From the IMG/VR virus record IMGVR_UViG_3300031669_000001, positions 186,001 to 250,000 of that record: DNA of 64,000 bases; one strand, written 5' to 3'. Below, one piece after another: positions 10,558-19,931 of the stretch; position 1 is the stretch's first letter, and the number at the start of each line of letters is the position of its first letter. Below the pieces are notes generated by a model. The model was not told where the DNA came from. It searched no databases and saw only the letters and a list, made by a program, of their open reading frames with translations. Made by a program: the position numbers and the translations under genes.

Positions 10558-11157
10558 TTAAAGAGAGGCAGCAACACCAGTGATAAAATACTCTTTCATC
10601 TTCTTGACGGCTGCAAGAGTGTGTTGAATGTCCTCTAGCGAGTTGTGAATGCCGCGAGCAGGCAAACCGAGAGTTTTAAAGATGTCTTCTGAGAAGGTAA
10701 GCTCAAGAAGAACCGTTGCCATGGAGCAACTGTCTAAGATGGTAGGATGATAGTTGAATTCCATTCCAGCTGCATCCATCAATTGAATTGTAAAAGCTTT
10801 GTCAAAGAGAACTCTATGTCCTAACAACATGACGCTGTCAGTTCCAAGATACTTATTGACGAGGGCTGCAAGGTGCAGAGCACCTTCTTCCTGTGAAATT
10901 CCATGAGCTTCGAGATGCTCTCTGGTAATTCCGTGAACTGCTTGAGCTCCAGCTTCCCACTTGTAGATAGAGTTGAACTTTATCTCGTGATAGATACTTT
11001 CGACGGGTTCAAGAGTTTTGACGTCAAAGATGATAGCACCGTAGGAGATGCCTTGGTGCTTTGACGCATAATTTGGTAGTGAGTAGCCTGTAGTTTCCCA
11101 GTCTATCGCCAGTCCCCAAATAGGTAAATCATTTAACGCCATAATAAATACTCCCAA
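10558..11157 (-). CDS. DEDDh 3'-5' exonuclease (DnaQ/RNase T-like)
   Basis: IDWETTG, HGI, GH...FD, HNSLED motifs. Confidence 0.88.
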   Translation of the reverse strand: MGVFIMALNDLPIWGLAIDWETTGYSLPNYASKHQGISYGAIIFDVKTLEPVESIYHEIKFNSIYKWEAGAQAVHGITREHLEAHGISQEEGALHLAALVNKYLGTDSVMLLGHRVLFDKAFTIQLMDAAGMEFNYHPTILDSCSMATVLLELTFSEDIFKTLGLPARGIHNSLEDIQHTLAAVKKMKEYFITGVAASL

Positions 11158-11251
11158 TCAATAGGTGAAAACATGAATTTTATTCCAACTTGTCAAAAAC
11201 TCAATTGACTAAAAAATTCTACTGTGGCTATCAAGTTTTGGACAAGAAATA

Positions 11252-11476
11252 TTACTTCCTGTTTCTACGACGAGAAGCGGCTGCAATCTTTGCTTTACGT
11301 TTGGCTTTCGCCCATTGAGATAGCTTTCCACCAGACGTTAAGCTGACGTAAGCTTCCTTCTTTCCAGCGAGCTTAACTTTCGCTGCGTGATTAAGGCTTT
11401 CTGGTAGCTGAACGTAATCACTCGGTAAAGCTACATTTGGATTAAATTCCATCAAATGACCGGTGTTTGGATTCAT
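11252..11476 (-). CDS. hypothetical basic protein
   Basis: 74 aa, K/R-rich C-terminus. Confidence 0.65.
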   Translation of the reverse strand: MNPNTGHLMEFNPNVALPSDYVQLPESLNHAAKVKLAGKKEAYVSLTSGGKLSQWAKAKRKAKIAAASRRRNRK

Positions 11477-11775
11477 TTTGATTCTCCAGCGTCTCGCTCT
11501 TCCGTTTGGTTCTTCAGGGCTGCGATCAAACGACTAACGATGCTCGTTGCCTTGTCAAACATTTTACCTTGCATGTATGCTGGGCACTGATCGATGTCAT
11601 TGAGCGCGTATGCAAAGGCGACTTCAAAGTTGTAACGCTCTGATCCCTTGCGATTGTTTGTGCCGAAGTTCTTGATGAGCCTGCTAAAGCGCTCATTGAG
11701 TTCTTTCATGTGAAGTTCAGCGTTGAAGTAGGGTATTGGTGCCGAATGTTTTGTTGCCATTTTGTATATTCCCAT
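11473..11775 (-). CDS. hypothetical protein
   Basis: ORF coupled to the next gene. Confidence 0.6.
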   Translation of the reverse strand: MGIYKMATKHSAPIPYFNAELHMKELNERFSRLIKNFGTNNRKGSERYNFEVAFAYALNDIDQCPAYMQGKMFDKATSIVSRLIAALKNQTEERDAGESK

Positions 11776-11849
11776 TACGTTTATCGGAGAAGCCTCTGTA
11801 GTTTTCTAGACTACAGAAGCATTATATCTCTCGTGTAACAGGAAGTATA

Positions 11850-12536
11850 TTATTGACCGGGACCGTCTAAGTGACGAAGAATCTTCTCGATGAGTGGGTT
11901 ACGAACTATATCGCGCGCTGAGAATTCTGTTACACCGATGTCACCGGTGATACCTTTCAATCTATTTGTAGACCAAACCATTCCATTCTCCTGAACACCT
12001 TGAAGGTCAGATTGAGCAGTGTCACCTGTAATTACGATCTTGGAGTTGTAACCAATTCGAGTCAAGAACATCTTCATCTGTTCTTTAGTTGTATTCTGAG
12101 CTTCATCTAGAATCATGAATGACCTGTTCAGGCTTCGACCCCTCATGTAAGCAAGCGGAAGAATCTCGATTCGATTGTCTGCAAAGAGCTGTTTGGATCT
12201 GACGATGCCTATGTGATATTCGATAGCGTCAAACAGCGGCATGAGGTAAGGCGCGATCTTTTCATCCATGGTGCCTGGAAGGTAACCGATATCCTCAGTA
12301 GCAACAAGCGGTCTAGTGAGAATGATCTTATCAACTTCGTTTGAAAGCAATGCTTCGAGTGCTACGTATGTTGCAAGGTAAGTTTTACCAGTACCTGCGG
12401 GTCCTAGACAAAATGTAATCGTTGATTCTTTCATCATGCTCACGTAGAATTCTTGAGCAGAATTTAAGAGGGTTAGGGGTTTGATGAAGGTGTCTGATTG
12501 GACGAGGGACTTTTGGTAGCGCAGCTTCTTTGCCAT
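11850..12536 (-). CDS. phoH: PhoH family ATPase
   Basis: GPAGTGKT, LAYMRGRS, DEAQN, GD..QSD, RNPL. Confidence 0.95.
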   Translation of the reverse strand: MAKKLRYQKSLVQSDTFIKPLTLLNSAQEFYVSMMKESTITFCLGPAGTGKTYLATYVALEALLSNEVDKIILTRPLVATEDIGYLPGTMDEKIAPYLMPLFDAIEYHIGIVRSKQLFADNRIEILPLAYMRGRSLNRSFMILDEAQNTTKEQMKMFLTRIGYNSKIVITGDTAQSDLQGVQENGMVWSTNRLKGITGDIGVTEFSARDIVRNPLIEKILRHLDGPGQ

Positions 12537-12565
12537 TTAATGCTCCTGGTTGGTTATTTGGATGC

Positions 12566-12596
12566 AAAAAAGGCACCTAACGTAAAGTTAGGTGCC
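12566..12596 (-). terminator. intrinsic terminator
   Basis: 10-bp stem GGCACCTAAC/GTTAGGTGCC followed by a U run. Confidence 0.75.
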
Positions 12597-12618
12597 CTTT
12601 GTTTTGGGAAAACAGTTG

Positions 12619-12972
12619 TTACTCAAGATCTGGTACGTCGTCGCTTGCGTCAATTGCTGATTCAGGTATGGCAGAGTCTCTGATTTTGGTGACCTTTTTG
12701 TTCTTGTCTATCTTGAACCAATTTGTTGCGCCCGTACCGTCTGACCATTCTATCGTGAAGCTTCCAAAAAAGCTACCAGTCTTAGGATCATAGAGCCACT
12801 CGTCTACTTGAGCGTCATCTCCATCGTCTATGCTAAACTGGAATTTTTTATCGGTCTTTGAAAGATTTTCGATATGATCGTTGAATGGTTTGTACGCAGC
12901 TTTTCCTAGCTTTAATCTATTTGAAGTCACAGCTTCAGACAGAACTAAGAGTTTTTGCAGAATTTTAGTCAT
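12619..12972 (-). CDS. hypothetical protein (possible internal head protein)
   Basis: N-terminus ends L-S-E; late operon. Confidence 0.6.
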   Translation of the reverse strand: MTKILQKLLVLSEAVTSNRLKLGKAAYKPFNDHIENLSKTDKKFQFSIDDGDDAQVDEWLYDPKTGSFFGSFTIEWSDGTGATNWFKIDKNKKVTKIRDSAIPESAIDASDDVPDLE

Positions 12973-13354
12973 TAGCTTCGCGTGATGTAAACAGTTTCAG
13001 CCATTCAAGGTACTCTTGAGTAGGATTAGCATAAGCGTACAGAGCATCACGATCTTTGATCTGGAGCAACTCCCAGAGCTTTGATGCAATAGCCATCATC
13101 TCTGCTGGTGGGAGTGCTCTGAGGTGATCCAGTACTTCCTTAGAGGTTGAGATGTTACCATCGAACAGTGGGTTAGAGTTCTTGTAGAATTCGCCAAGCT
13201 TGAGCAGCTGCAGGAGGCGAGCCACAACCATGAATTCAAAGTGATTGTCCGCGTGTCCGCGACGAATGATGTTAGCAACAGACATCATAAGGTTCGGTTC
13301 AACGAAGCCGCCTTCATTGAACATTGTTGGTTTAGAAATTTCGTAGAGTTTCAT
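12965..13354 (-). CDS. hypothetical protein (MKLYEI N-terminus)
   Basis: Late promoter GATAAATA near 13381. Confidence 0.65.
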   Translation of the reverse strand: MKLYEISKPTMFNEGGFVEPNLMMSVANIIRRGHADNHFEFMVVARLLQLLKLGEFYKNSNPLFDGNISTSKEVLDHLRALPPAEMMAIASKLWELLQIKDRDALYAYANPTQEYLEWLKLFTSREAND

Positions 13355-13379
13355 GTTATCCCCAGTAGGACGATTTCAA

Positions 13380-13760
13380 TTATTTATCACTTACCTGCTT
13401 GTAAAGCAGATTATCATCGATTTTGATGTGATTAACTTCTGGATTCTTGGAGATGTAATAATATCCTCTTGGAGCTTTTACCGCCAATGATACGTATTCA
13501 AACAATCTTCCATCCTTCAGTCTGATCTGACTAGGAATTTCCTTACTATCGTAGAGGCCGAGACAACCAATGCGTTCAACGATAGTCAAATTGTCCTGCT
13601 CTTCCCTGTGTCTCTTGACCTCTTCATAGATGCTTGCGATAAATTGCTGCTCACGAAGATACTCTTCAAGTTCATATTGCTTGTATGCGGCGTACGCTAT
13701 AAAAATATTATAGCAAAGGTACGCGATCAGGGCGATGATGACGATTATCCAAAAATCCAT
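13380..13760 (-). CDS. membrane-anchored hypothetical protein
   Basis: N-terminal TM helix. Confidence 0.65.
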   Translation of the reverse strand: MDFWIIVIIALIAYLCYNIFIAYAAYKQYELEEYLREQQFIASIYEEVKRHREEQDNLTIVERIGCLGLYDSKEIPSQIRLKDGRLFEYVSLAVKAPRGYYYISKNPEVNHIKIDDNLLYKQVSDK

Positions 13761-13761
13761 T

Positions 13762-14352
13762 TTAGCTCCAAGGATCTTTTACAACGTCACATATCCCAAA
13801 TTTTAGCGCTTCTTTCGCGGAGATCCAACGATCGGCTGAGCTCAAAAGAATGTCATTGATCTGCTTTTCGTTCATCTTAGTATGACGTAGGAAGTGCTGT
13901 ACGAATCTTGACTGAAGATCATCTTCATGTTCTCTCTGCGCCACAAATTCGTGGTATCTGCCTTGTTGTTCTTGGCTAAATTGATGAGTCATGATGAAAG
14001 AATTCTTTGACATCAACCTCTTACCTTTTGTTCCACAGGTAAATAACAAGGCTGCCATTGAAGCTATCATTCCTATTCCGACAGTGTGAATTTCTAACTT
14101 ACTACTCTCCATGAGGTCAATGACGCCGAACGCATCATAGACACCACCACCTGGAGAATTGATGAGCAACGTAAGTGGCTGCTCTGGCGGAAAAATGTAA
14201 TTTGCCTTAATGATAAATTCGCAGAGATCTTCTGCAGATTCTTCATCTATATGCTTGAACAGCATGTAAGCACCAATCGATTGAAGAGAGAAGTTATCCA
14301 TCGTAACATCTTCTTTTGCATTTACAACTACGGTTTGTTGTTTTGCTGTCAT
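13762..14352 (-). CDS. clpP: ClpP-family protease
   Basis: INSPGG, G..ASMA, MTHQ, D.W.SA.EA...G..D. Confidence 0.9.
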   Translation of the reverse strand: MTAKQQTVVVNAKEDVTMDNFSLQSIGAYMLFKHIDEESAEDLCEFIIKANYIFPPEQPLTLLINSPGGGVYDAFGVIDLMESSKLEIHTVGIGMIASMAALLFTCGTKGKRLMSKNSFIMTHQFSQEQQGRYHEFVAQREHEDDLQSRFVQHFLRHTKMNEKQINDILLSSADRWISAKEALKFGICDVVKDPWS

Positions 14353-14395
14353 GAGTCTGCCTTGATTTTTGATGCCGTGAATCCGTTAACGGATG

Positions 14396-14998
14396 TTAAA
14401 TCAAACTTATGAGATAGATTCTATCAAAATCTTTCGTCTTGCTGCCTTTCTTACCATACTCGGTTCTTATGGAATATAGAGTCTTGTACATCTCTTCATT
14501 GTCATTACTTAACGCCAATTGAAATCGAATTTCATCTTTATCTCGAACGATCTTGAACCAAGGGGTTGCACGACCTTTCTTTTCAACTCTGAAGATTTCA
14601 TTCCATTGATGTGTGACATCTTTAATCGAGTTTTCACCTTCATCCAATATGGACTTTACTATCAGATCACGCTCTTCTGGCTTGTAAAGCATTGGAATTT
14701 TTACAGATGGAGATACTTCTGTTGGTTCACGATTTCTAGATGAGGTAACTTTCTCATCTTTCGATTCTACAGATAGCTCTGTTGAAGCTTTTGGATTTTG
14801 AAACAGTGCAAGTTGAACATCTTCTTCATCTAACTTGTATCTTTTAGACAGGGAGTTTGTTATTCTTGTCCAATCTTTTTCAAGCTGTTTTTTTAAGTCG
14901 AGAAGAATCTGCGTGTTGTAACGCTCTTGATAAAGAAGAAATCTTTCAGCTAGTTCGCCGCGAAGATCTTCTTGAATGATGAAGATTTGTAATGACAT
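14396..14998 (-). CDS. hypothetical protein
   Basis: 200 aa ORF. Confidence 0.65.
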   Translation of the reverse strand: MSLQIFIIQEDLRGELAERFLLYQERYNTQILLDLKKQLEKDWTRITNSLSKRYKLDEEDVQLALFQNPKASTELSVESKDEKVTSSRNREPTEVSPSVKIPMLYKPEERDLIVKSILDEGENSIKDVTHQWNEIFRVEKKGRATPWFKIVRDKDEIRFQLALSNDNEEMYKTLYSIRTEYGKKGSKTKDFDRIYLISLI

Positions 14999-15501
14999 CA
15001 GTTTTTTCTTTTCATGCCTGTGGGCAAGTAGTCGCTATAATACTTTTTGAATCGATCTTCATTATAAGGTTCATTCCATCCTTGATGAATGACATCTTTT
15101 AGATCAGCGATAGAAAACTCACCTTCTTTTGTGATGACTAACATTCCTCTACCAGCACCGTACTTTTTTGAATTGAGACGCAATCCTGTTACAATCAACT
15201 CTTCAAGCTCATCGCTATAAGAAACGTCTATGAGCTTAACCTTGATCGTATCTTTTGGTTGTGGTAGATTATATTTACGACGCAGTGGTCCTAGAGAGTT
15301 AAAGACTTTGCTATTGACATCATATTCAACGCTTACATTATTGATTTCGATTATATCAGAAAAGTAGACATATTGATCAGTACCAGACGGCTTAACATAG
15401 ACAGCAGGTTCATCTTTTAATGATGAGAATGAACTAACCTTCTGGACGTCACCGCTGTCCTTTGTTTTTATTCTATCTCCAGTTACTGGAACTACAAACA
15501 T
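14998..15501 (-). CDS. hypothetical protein
   Basis: 167 aa ORF. Confidence 0.65.
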   Translation of the reverse strand: MFVVPVTGDRIKTKDSGDVQKVSSFSSLKDEPAVYVKPSGTDQYVYFSDIIEINNVSVEYDVNSKVFNSLGPLRRKYNLPQPKDTIKVKLIDVSYSDELEELIVTGLRLNSKKYGAGRGMLVITKEGEFSIADLKDVIHQGWNEPYNEDRFKKYYSDYLPTGMKRKN

Positions 15502-15510
15502 TTGATGTCC

Positions 15511-15747
15511 TTAGGTTGCATCTGCATTTGCAGCAGCTTCTGCTTCAGCGGCTTCAGCAGCTTCAGCAGCTTCTGCTTCTTGACGTGCAGTGATTTCTTC
15601 TTCAGTTTCTACGTGTGGTGGATTAACACGATCGCGCATCTTTGCGCCTAATGCATCGTGAAAATTTGCTTTGGCAGCGTCCGGTTCATCCTTGATGAAG
15701 TTAGTGATCAAGTCCTTCAAGGTAGCTTTCATTTCGTCCTTATCCAT
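15511..15747 (-). CDS. putative prohead core/scaffold-like small protein
   Basis: Acidic EA-rich tail; TATAAATA late promoter near 15793-15800. Confidence 0.45.
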   Translation of the reverse strand: MDKDEMKATLKDLITNFIKDEPDAAKANFHDALGAKMRDRVNPPHVETEEEITARQEAEAAEAAEAAEAEAAANADAT

Positions 15748-15884
15748 TTTGATTTCCTTTGATTTAGTTGTTATCGCAATACAGCGATCTTGATATTTAT
15801 AGCGAGGGGCCGTATTCAGTTTTCAGAAACTAAAATGGCTCTTCTAAGAGAGCCATTCTATCATACTGTGAAGGTTGTTGATAT

Positions 15885-16901
15885 TTACGGGAACACGTAA
15901 AGCTTCTTCGTAAAGTGATCGCCGATCGTTTCGAGAATGATTGTCTCGATGATCTTCCAGTTGCCACCTGCAAGACCAGCGCCAATCATTGGGAAGATGA
16001 TGTCTAGCTTGCGACCATTGCTCTCTTCGACTATTTCAGCAAGCTTTTTCACCTTCTCAAAGCATTTGGCGATAGCTTCATAATCCACGTAGCGTTTATC
16101 ACCGCCACAGCTGTATTGAGTATTGGCATTTACGATGAATTTGAATGGAGAAACTTCGGCAAAAGATATTTCGCCGAGTCTAAGGCCGTCAAAGTCGCCG
16201 TGACCTGATCCACCAGCAGTAGAACTTTGATACTGGTCAATGTAGGCATCGTACGCAGTTGGGAATCTGCGTGCAACTTGTAGAGCGATGCCAGCACCCA
16301 TCACGCCTTGACAATTGCAGCCGTGAACGATGATACCCGTTTGTGGTGATAGGGCATCACCACTGAACTGCAAATAGTTTCTTCCTTGACCTTCTGGTGT
16401 AAATGCGCCTATCATTGCTTTGCTCCAATCAAAATTTACGTTATGATCAACATCTCTCACCAGTTGATCAGGGAGGTTTATCTTCGGCTGCCAATCATAC
16501 TGACGGCCGATTGTGATGTGCATTCTGTAATCTAGACGCAGTCCAAGTTCACGTCGAATCTCAATCAGACGATTAGATTCCACGGTGATAGACCAGAACT
16601 GCCAGTGGCGCTCGATACGAGTCGGATCATACTCGATTTCTACGGTATGACCTTGATACTTCTTCCACAGATCAATCTTGTCTTTGCCAATGCGCTCATC
16701 GCCCTTGACTACGGTGCAGTGAAGACCAAACATAGGACGCTGCAGAGTTAGCCACTGTCCAAACTTCTGGCGAAGGAACCACTGATAGTAGAGATCAAGT
16801 TGATCGCGCGGGAGCTCCACTATGAGAGTACGCTGTTTGTGCAGCTTCTTGAAGTCAGGACGAACAGGGTCATAGACCAACTTACCCTTTACTTTTATCA
16901 T
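15885..16901 (-). CDS. 2H phosphoesterase-like domain fused to a macrodomain
   Basis: Two HxT motifs (HCT, HIT) in the N-half; macro motifs HGCNC.G.MGAGIA, NA.TQ, P.IGAGLAGG.W. Confidence 0.8.
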   Translation of the reverse strand: MIKVKGKLVYDPVRPDFKKLHKQRTLIVELPRDQLDLYYQWFLRQKFGQWLTLQRPMFGLHCTVVKGDERIGKDKIDLWKKYQGHTVEIEYDPTRIERHWQFWSITVESNRLIEIRRELGLRLDYRMHITIGRQYDWQPKINLPDQLVRDVDHNVNFDWSKAMIGAFTPEGQGRNYLQFSGDALSPQTGIIVHGCNCQGVMGAGIALQVARRFPTAYDAYIDQYQSSTAGGSGHGDFDGLRLGEISFAEVSPFKFIVNANTQYSCGGDKRYVDYEAIAKCFEKVKKLAEIVEESNGRKLDIIFPMIGAGLAGGNWKIIETIILETIGDHFTKKLYVFP

Positions 16902-16916
16902 TGATCAACTCCTAAT

Positions 16917-16992
16917 TGGTCGCCCTGGAGGGATTCGAACCCTCGATCGCGATTTTAGAGATCGCAGCTTTACCGCTAAGCATTACAAGGCG
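16917..16992 (-). tRNA. amber suppressor tRNA (anticodon CTA)
   Basis: Acceptor CGCCTTG/CAGGGCG-A-CCA, anticodon arm GCGAT-CTCTAAA-ATCGC, T arm GAGGG-TTCGAAT-CCCTC. Confidence 0.88.
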
Positions 16993-17130
16993 TTTGGTTT
17001 AATTACAAGCTTCTAAATCTTTCCATTGACGACGAACTACTTGTCCTAAAAGAGCTTTACGAACGCGGCGCCGAGCTTTACGACCTGAGGCACCATGACC
17101 TAAATACATACGCTTAGAAACTGCTGACAT

Positions 17131-17334
17131 TTAAGCTCCTATCTCCATGCAATGTGCGTGATATTCTGCATCGCTGTTTTCAGCATCGTAAAGCCATGCG
17201 TGCTCTGCAGCTTGCTCAGCAGCTTGCAGACCCGGATCGCCTTCATCGAACCAATAATTTGCTTCATCTTCAGGAACACCTTTAGCTACCTCAGCCGCAA
17301 CGTAAGCTGCACGACCATCTTCATAATTAGCCAT
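17131..17334 (-). CDS. hypothetical acidic protein
   Basis: 67 aa ORF with SD. Confidence 0.6.
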   Translation of the reverse strand: MANYEDGRAAYVAAEVAKGVPEDEANYWFDEGDPGLQAAEQAAEHAWLYDAENSDAEYHAHCMEIGA

Positions 17335-17474
17335 TTTTCCTCCGAAGTTTTTCAGTGTATCGTTTCTCTTCTGCTTGAACTTTGCGAAGCCTTTTCAATC
17401 CAGGATCTATCGCTCTCATCTTTTTCATGATCTCAGCCTCGGCTTTTTTAGCCTTAACTGGATCATAGACGTGA

Positions 17475-17591
17475 TTAGTCAAAGTTCACGCTCTTGTTGC
17501 GCTTGAAGGATCCTTTTCCCTTCTTGGAGCGTACAATTTGAAGCTTGTACTTTGGTGTGCGGCAATCTTTGTGAACGATGGATGCTTTCAT
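17475..17591 (-). CDS. arfA: ArfA-like ribosome rescue peptide (38 aa; not in ORF track)
   Basis: MKASIVHKDCRTPKYKLQIVRSKKGKGSFKRNKSVNFD carries the KKGKGS(Y/F).R signature; SD and early promoter upstream. Confidence 0.75.
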   Translation of the reverse strand: MKASIVHKDCRTPKYKLQIVRSKKGKGSFKRNKSVNFD

Positions 17592-17616
17592 GATGTTTCC
17601 TTGATTTGATGGAGTA

Positions 17617-17646
17617 ATTATATCAAAGATTTATATGAAAGTAAAC
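17617..17646 (-). promoter_or_regulatory. T4-like early promoter (representative copy)
   Basis: GTTTACTTT...TGATATAAT; similar copies near 22380, 29490, 33380, 34517, 35483, 38780, 42392, 46893, 48410, 51518, 58134, 60831 (minus) and 49218 (plus). Confidence 0.8.
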
Positions 17647-17659
17647 TATTTTTGCACGT

Positions 17660-17938
17660 TTATCGCAAATAAACAGCGAAACTCGTTGCATCCTTCTTCA
17701 AACAGGTCGCTTTTCCGAGAAGCCCAGGTCTGCGAGTACCTCGATACTTGATGCTGATAGGAAGAATCTTGTTGATCTTTTTCATGACGTGCAGCATCTC
17801 AGGAGTAGCTGGAATCCCCTTCGCTATGGAAGATTCTGTGTTGGGGGATTTGTACAGGCACAGAGTAGCTAGCCCATTTGGTTCCAAGATGAACAAGGAA
17901 TTCGCTATCATCTTCTTGGATATCAGATCTACGTGCAT
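17660..17938 (-). CDS. hypothetical protein
   Basis: 92 aa ORF with SD. Confidence 0.6.
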   Translation of the reverse strand: MHVDLISKKMIANSLFILEPNGLATLCLYKSPNTESSIAKGIPATPEMLHVMKKINKILPISIKYRGTRRPGLLGKATCLKKDATSFAVYLR

Positions 17939-17939
17939 T

Positions 17940-18728
17940 TTATTCTCCTATAGTTGCAGTTTTTTTGAACATGAAAGTAGGGCTTATCGAGATCATGTCA
18001 GGCATGTCGATGAGCTTTACAGGTTTACGAGTTACCTTCTCTGAAGTCCTGTGCTTCTCTGGAATCTTTTCCAGCTCGTCAGTAGTCAGAGGACGAGTTT
18101 CTTCTACTCGCATGAAGTACGATCCTTTGCGGTAACAAGCATCGTATTCTTCCCAAGGATCACCAATATCACGAAGCATAGACTTCTTGATGTCACCATT
18201 GACGTTCTGCAGATCCTTGTGAGAGAAGTGAGACAGAGCTACCATCGTGATAGAATTTTTGATGGCATCCTTTTCTCTCCAGAGCAGGCAGAGATAAGCT
18301 TCGCGAATAGACGGAACTTGCCACACTCTTGCATCGAATATGGGAAGCCATTCCTTCTTAGACGGGAGATATTTTTCAAGATTTCTATTGAAGAACGCCG
18401 TAGCTGTTGCAGCTAGAACTGAACAGAGTTTTTGGTAACGTCCGTCAAACAGGTATTGAGAAGCGCTTGACTCAGGAAGATACCAGATCAGAGTTATCTC
18501 ATCTGATTGAGTGTAGCCTACGAGAGCGTTGGTTTCTTCTGTCAAGAAGCGAGTAGTTTCCTGCATCAGCTTTGTAAGATTCTCGTCGAAAGGTCGCTTC
18601 AGACCGCTTGTGAATGTGTGAAAAGCTCTTCCATCTAGCCGAGCTATCATCGGCATGCCTTTGGAGGCGCGCCGATCTGTTTCAACACCTTCAAGATTCT
18701 TCATGAGATCGCCTAAAGTATCAGCCAT
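17940..18728 (-). CDS. tRNA(His) guanylyltransferase Thg1-like
   Basis: RLDGRAFHTFT, YTQSDEI, FDGR.QK, FDARV, WRE.DA..NS; start set to MADTLG. Confidence 0.93.
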   Translation of the reverse strand: MADTLGDLMKNLEGVETDRRASKGMPMIARLDGRAFHTFTSGLKRPFDENLTKLMQETTRFLTEETNALVGYTQSDEITLIWYLPESSASQYLFDGRYQKLCSVLAATATAFFNRNLEKYLPSKKEWLPIFDARVWQVPSIREAYLCLLWREKDAIKNSITMVALSHFSHKDLQNVNGDIKKSMLRDIGDPWEEYDACYRKGSYFMRVEETRPLTTDELEKIPEKHRTSEKVTRKPVKLIDMPDMISISPTFMFKKTATIGE

Positions 18729-18818
18729 TTTGTAACACCTCGTTAACATTAGATGTTGAATTATAACATACTTTAGCCGACAAATAAATAGAAAGATTAA
18801 CTTTTTAAGGAATTTCTC

Positions 18819-19931
18819 ATGAAGAAAAACGTTAGGGCTCTTTTCATCCTCAAGAGGAGACAAGACTATAGCACTGATCTAGTGAACTTCACCAACTTTA
18901 CGGTGTCCACTGGAATGTATAACTCTGCGTCCTTCGTGAGCGATATGCTTAGCGAACACGGCGTCGAGTCAAAAGTAGTTGTGGTGATAGACAACAATGA
19001 CATCGATCGTGAAGTTAGAGATTTCAATCCAACTCACGTGTTTATAGAAGGCTACTGGGTAGTTCCAGAAAAATTTGACGTTCTCAAACCTCTTCATCCT
19101 TCTGTTACTTGGGTAATTCGTTGCCACAGTGAGCTTCCATTCTTAGCACAAGAAGGTATTGCAATTCAATGGACGTTTGATTATCTAGCAAGAGGTGTTA
19201 CTGTTTCTGGCAACAGTCCTCGTATCAACCGAGAGCTAAGAGTCATGGCGGCAGCTGTAGGTATAAGTCACGAAGTTATTGAAAGACAGATTCCTCTGCT
19301 CACAAACTTCTACCCTGTATCTGAGAATGTAGCTGTTCAACCTAGAATTGTTGGAGATACGATCAATGTTGGATGTTTTGGTTCACATCGTCCACTGAAG
19401 AATCATTTGATCCAAGCTCTAGCAGCTATCGAGTACGCAAATCAACGCGGCCTCAAGTTACGCTTTCACGTTAACTCTGGCCGCGTTGAGATGAATGGTA
19501 GCAATGGTTTGAAGAACTTGAAAGCTTTGTTCGCGAACATAAAAACCCACGAGCTGGTTGAACATCCATGGGCTTCTCATGAAGACTTCTTGGAAACAGT
19601 TCGCTCTATGGATCTTTGTCTTCAAGTTTCTTTCACAGAGACATTCAATATCGTCACTGCCGATGCAGTCAACTCTGGAGTTCCAGTCGTAGTGTCCGAC
19701 GAGATTCTCTGGGTTGAGGGACCATTTGCTGATCCTACCTCAACCACAGATATTGTCGAAACTATGAGTGAAGTGATGGCTAAACGTCATTACTTAATCG
19801 AGACTAATCGTCGCAACTTGAAAGCTTATTCCAAGCTAACTAAAAAGCATTGGATTGATTATCTCGAAGAAGTAAGTCCTCGTCACGGATTGAATCTTAT
19901 CATCCTAAACTTCAAGAACCTGTTCTTTTAG
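18819..19931 (+). CDS. glycosyltransferase (GT-B/GT4-like)
   Basis: R..KN, S..ETFNIV.ADA...GVPVV; late promoter ATAAATA upstream. Confidence 0.8.
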   Translation: MKKNVRALFILKRRQDYSTDLVNFTNFTVSTGMYNSASFVSDMLSEHGVESKVVVVIDNNDIDREVRDFNPTHVFIEGYWVVPEKFDVLKPLHPSVTWVIRCHSELPFLAQEGIAIQWTFDYLARGVTVSGNSPRINRELRVMAAAVGISHEVIERQIPLLTNFYPVSENVAVQPRIVGDTINVGCFGSHRPLKNHLIQALAAIEYANQRGLKLRFHVNSGRVEMNGSNGLKNLKALFANIKTHELVEHPWASHEDFLETVRSMDLCLQVSFTETFNIVTADAVNSGVPVVVSDEILWVEGPFADPTSTTDIVETMSEVMAKRHYLIETNRRNLKAYSKLTKKHWIDYLEEVSPRHGLNLIILNFKNLFF

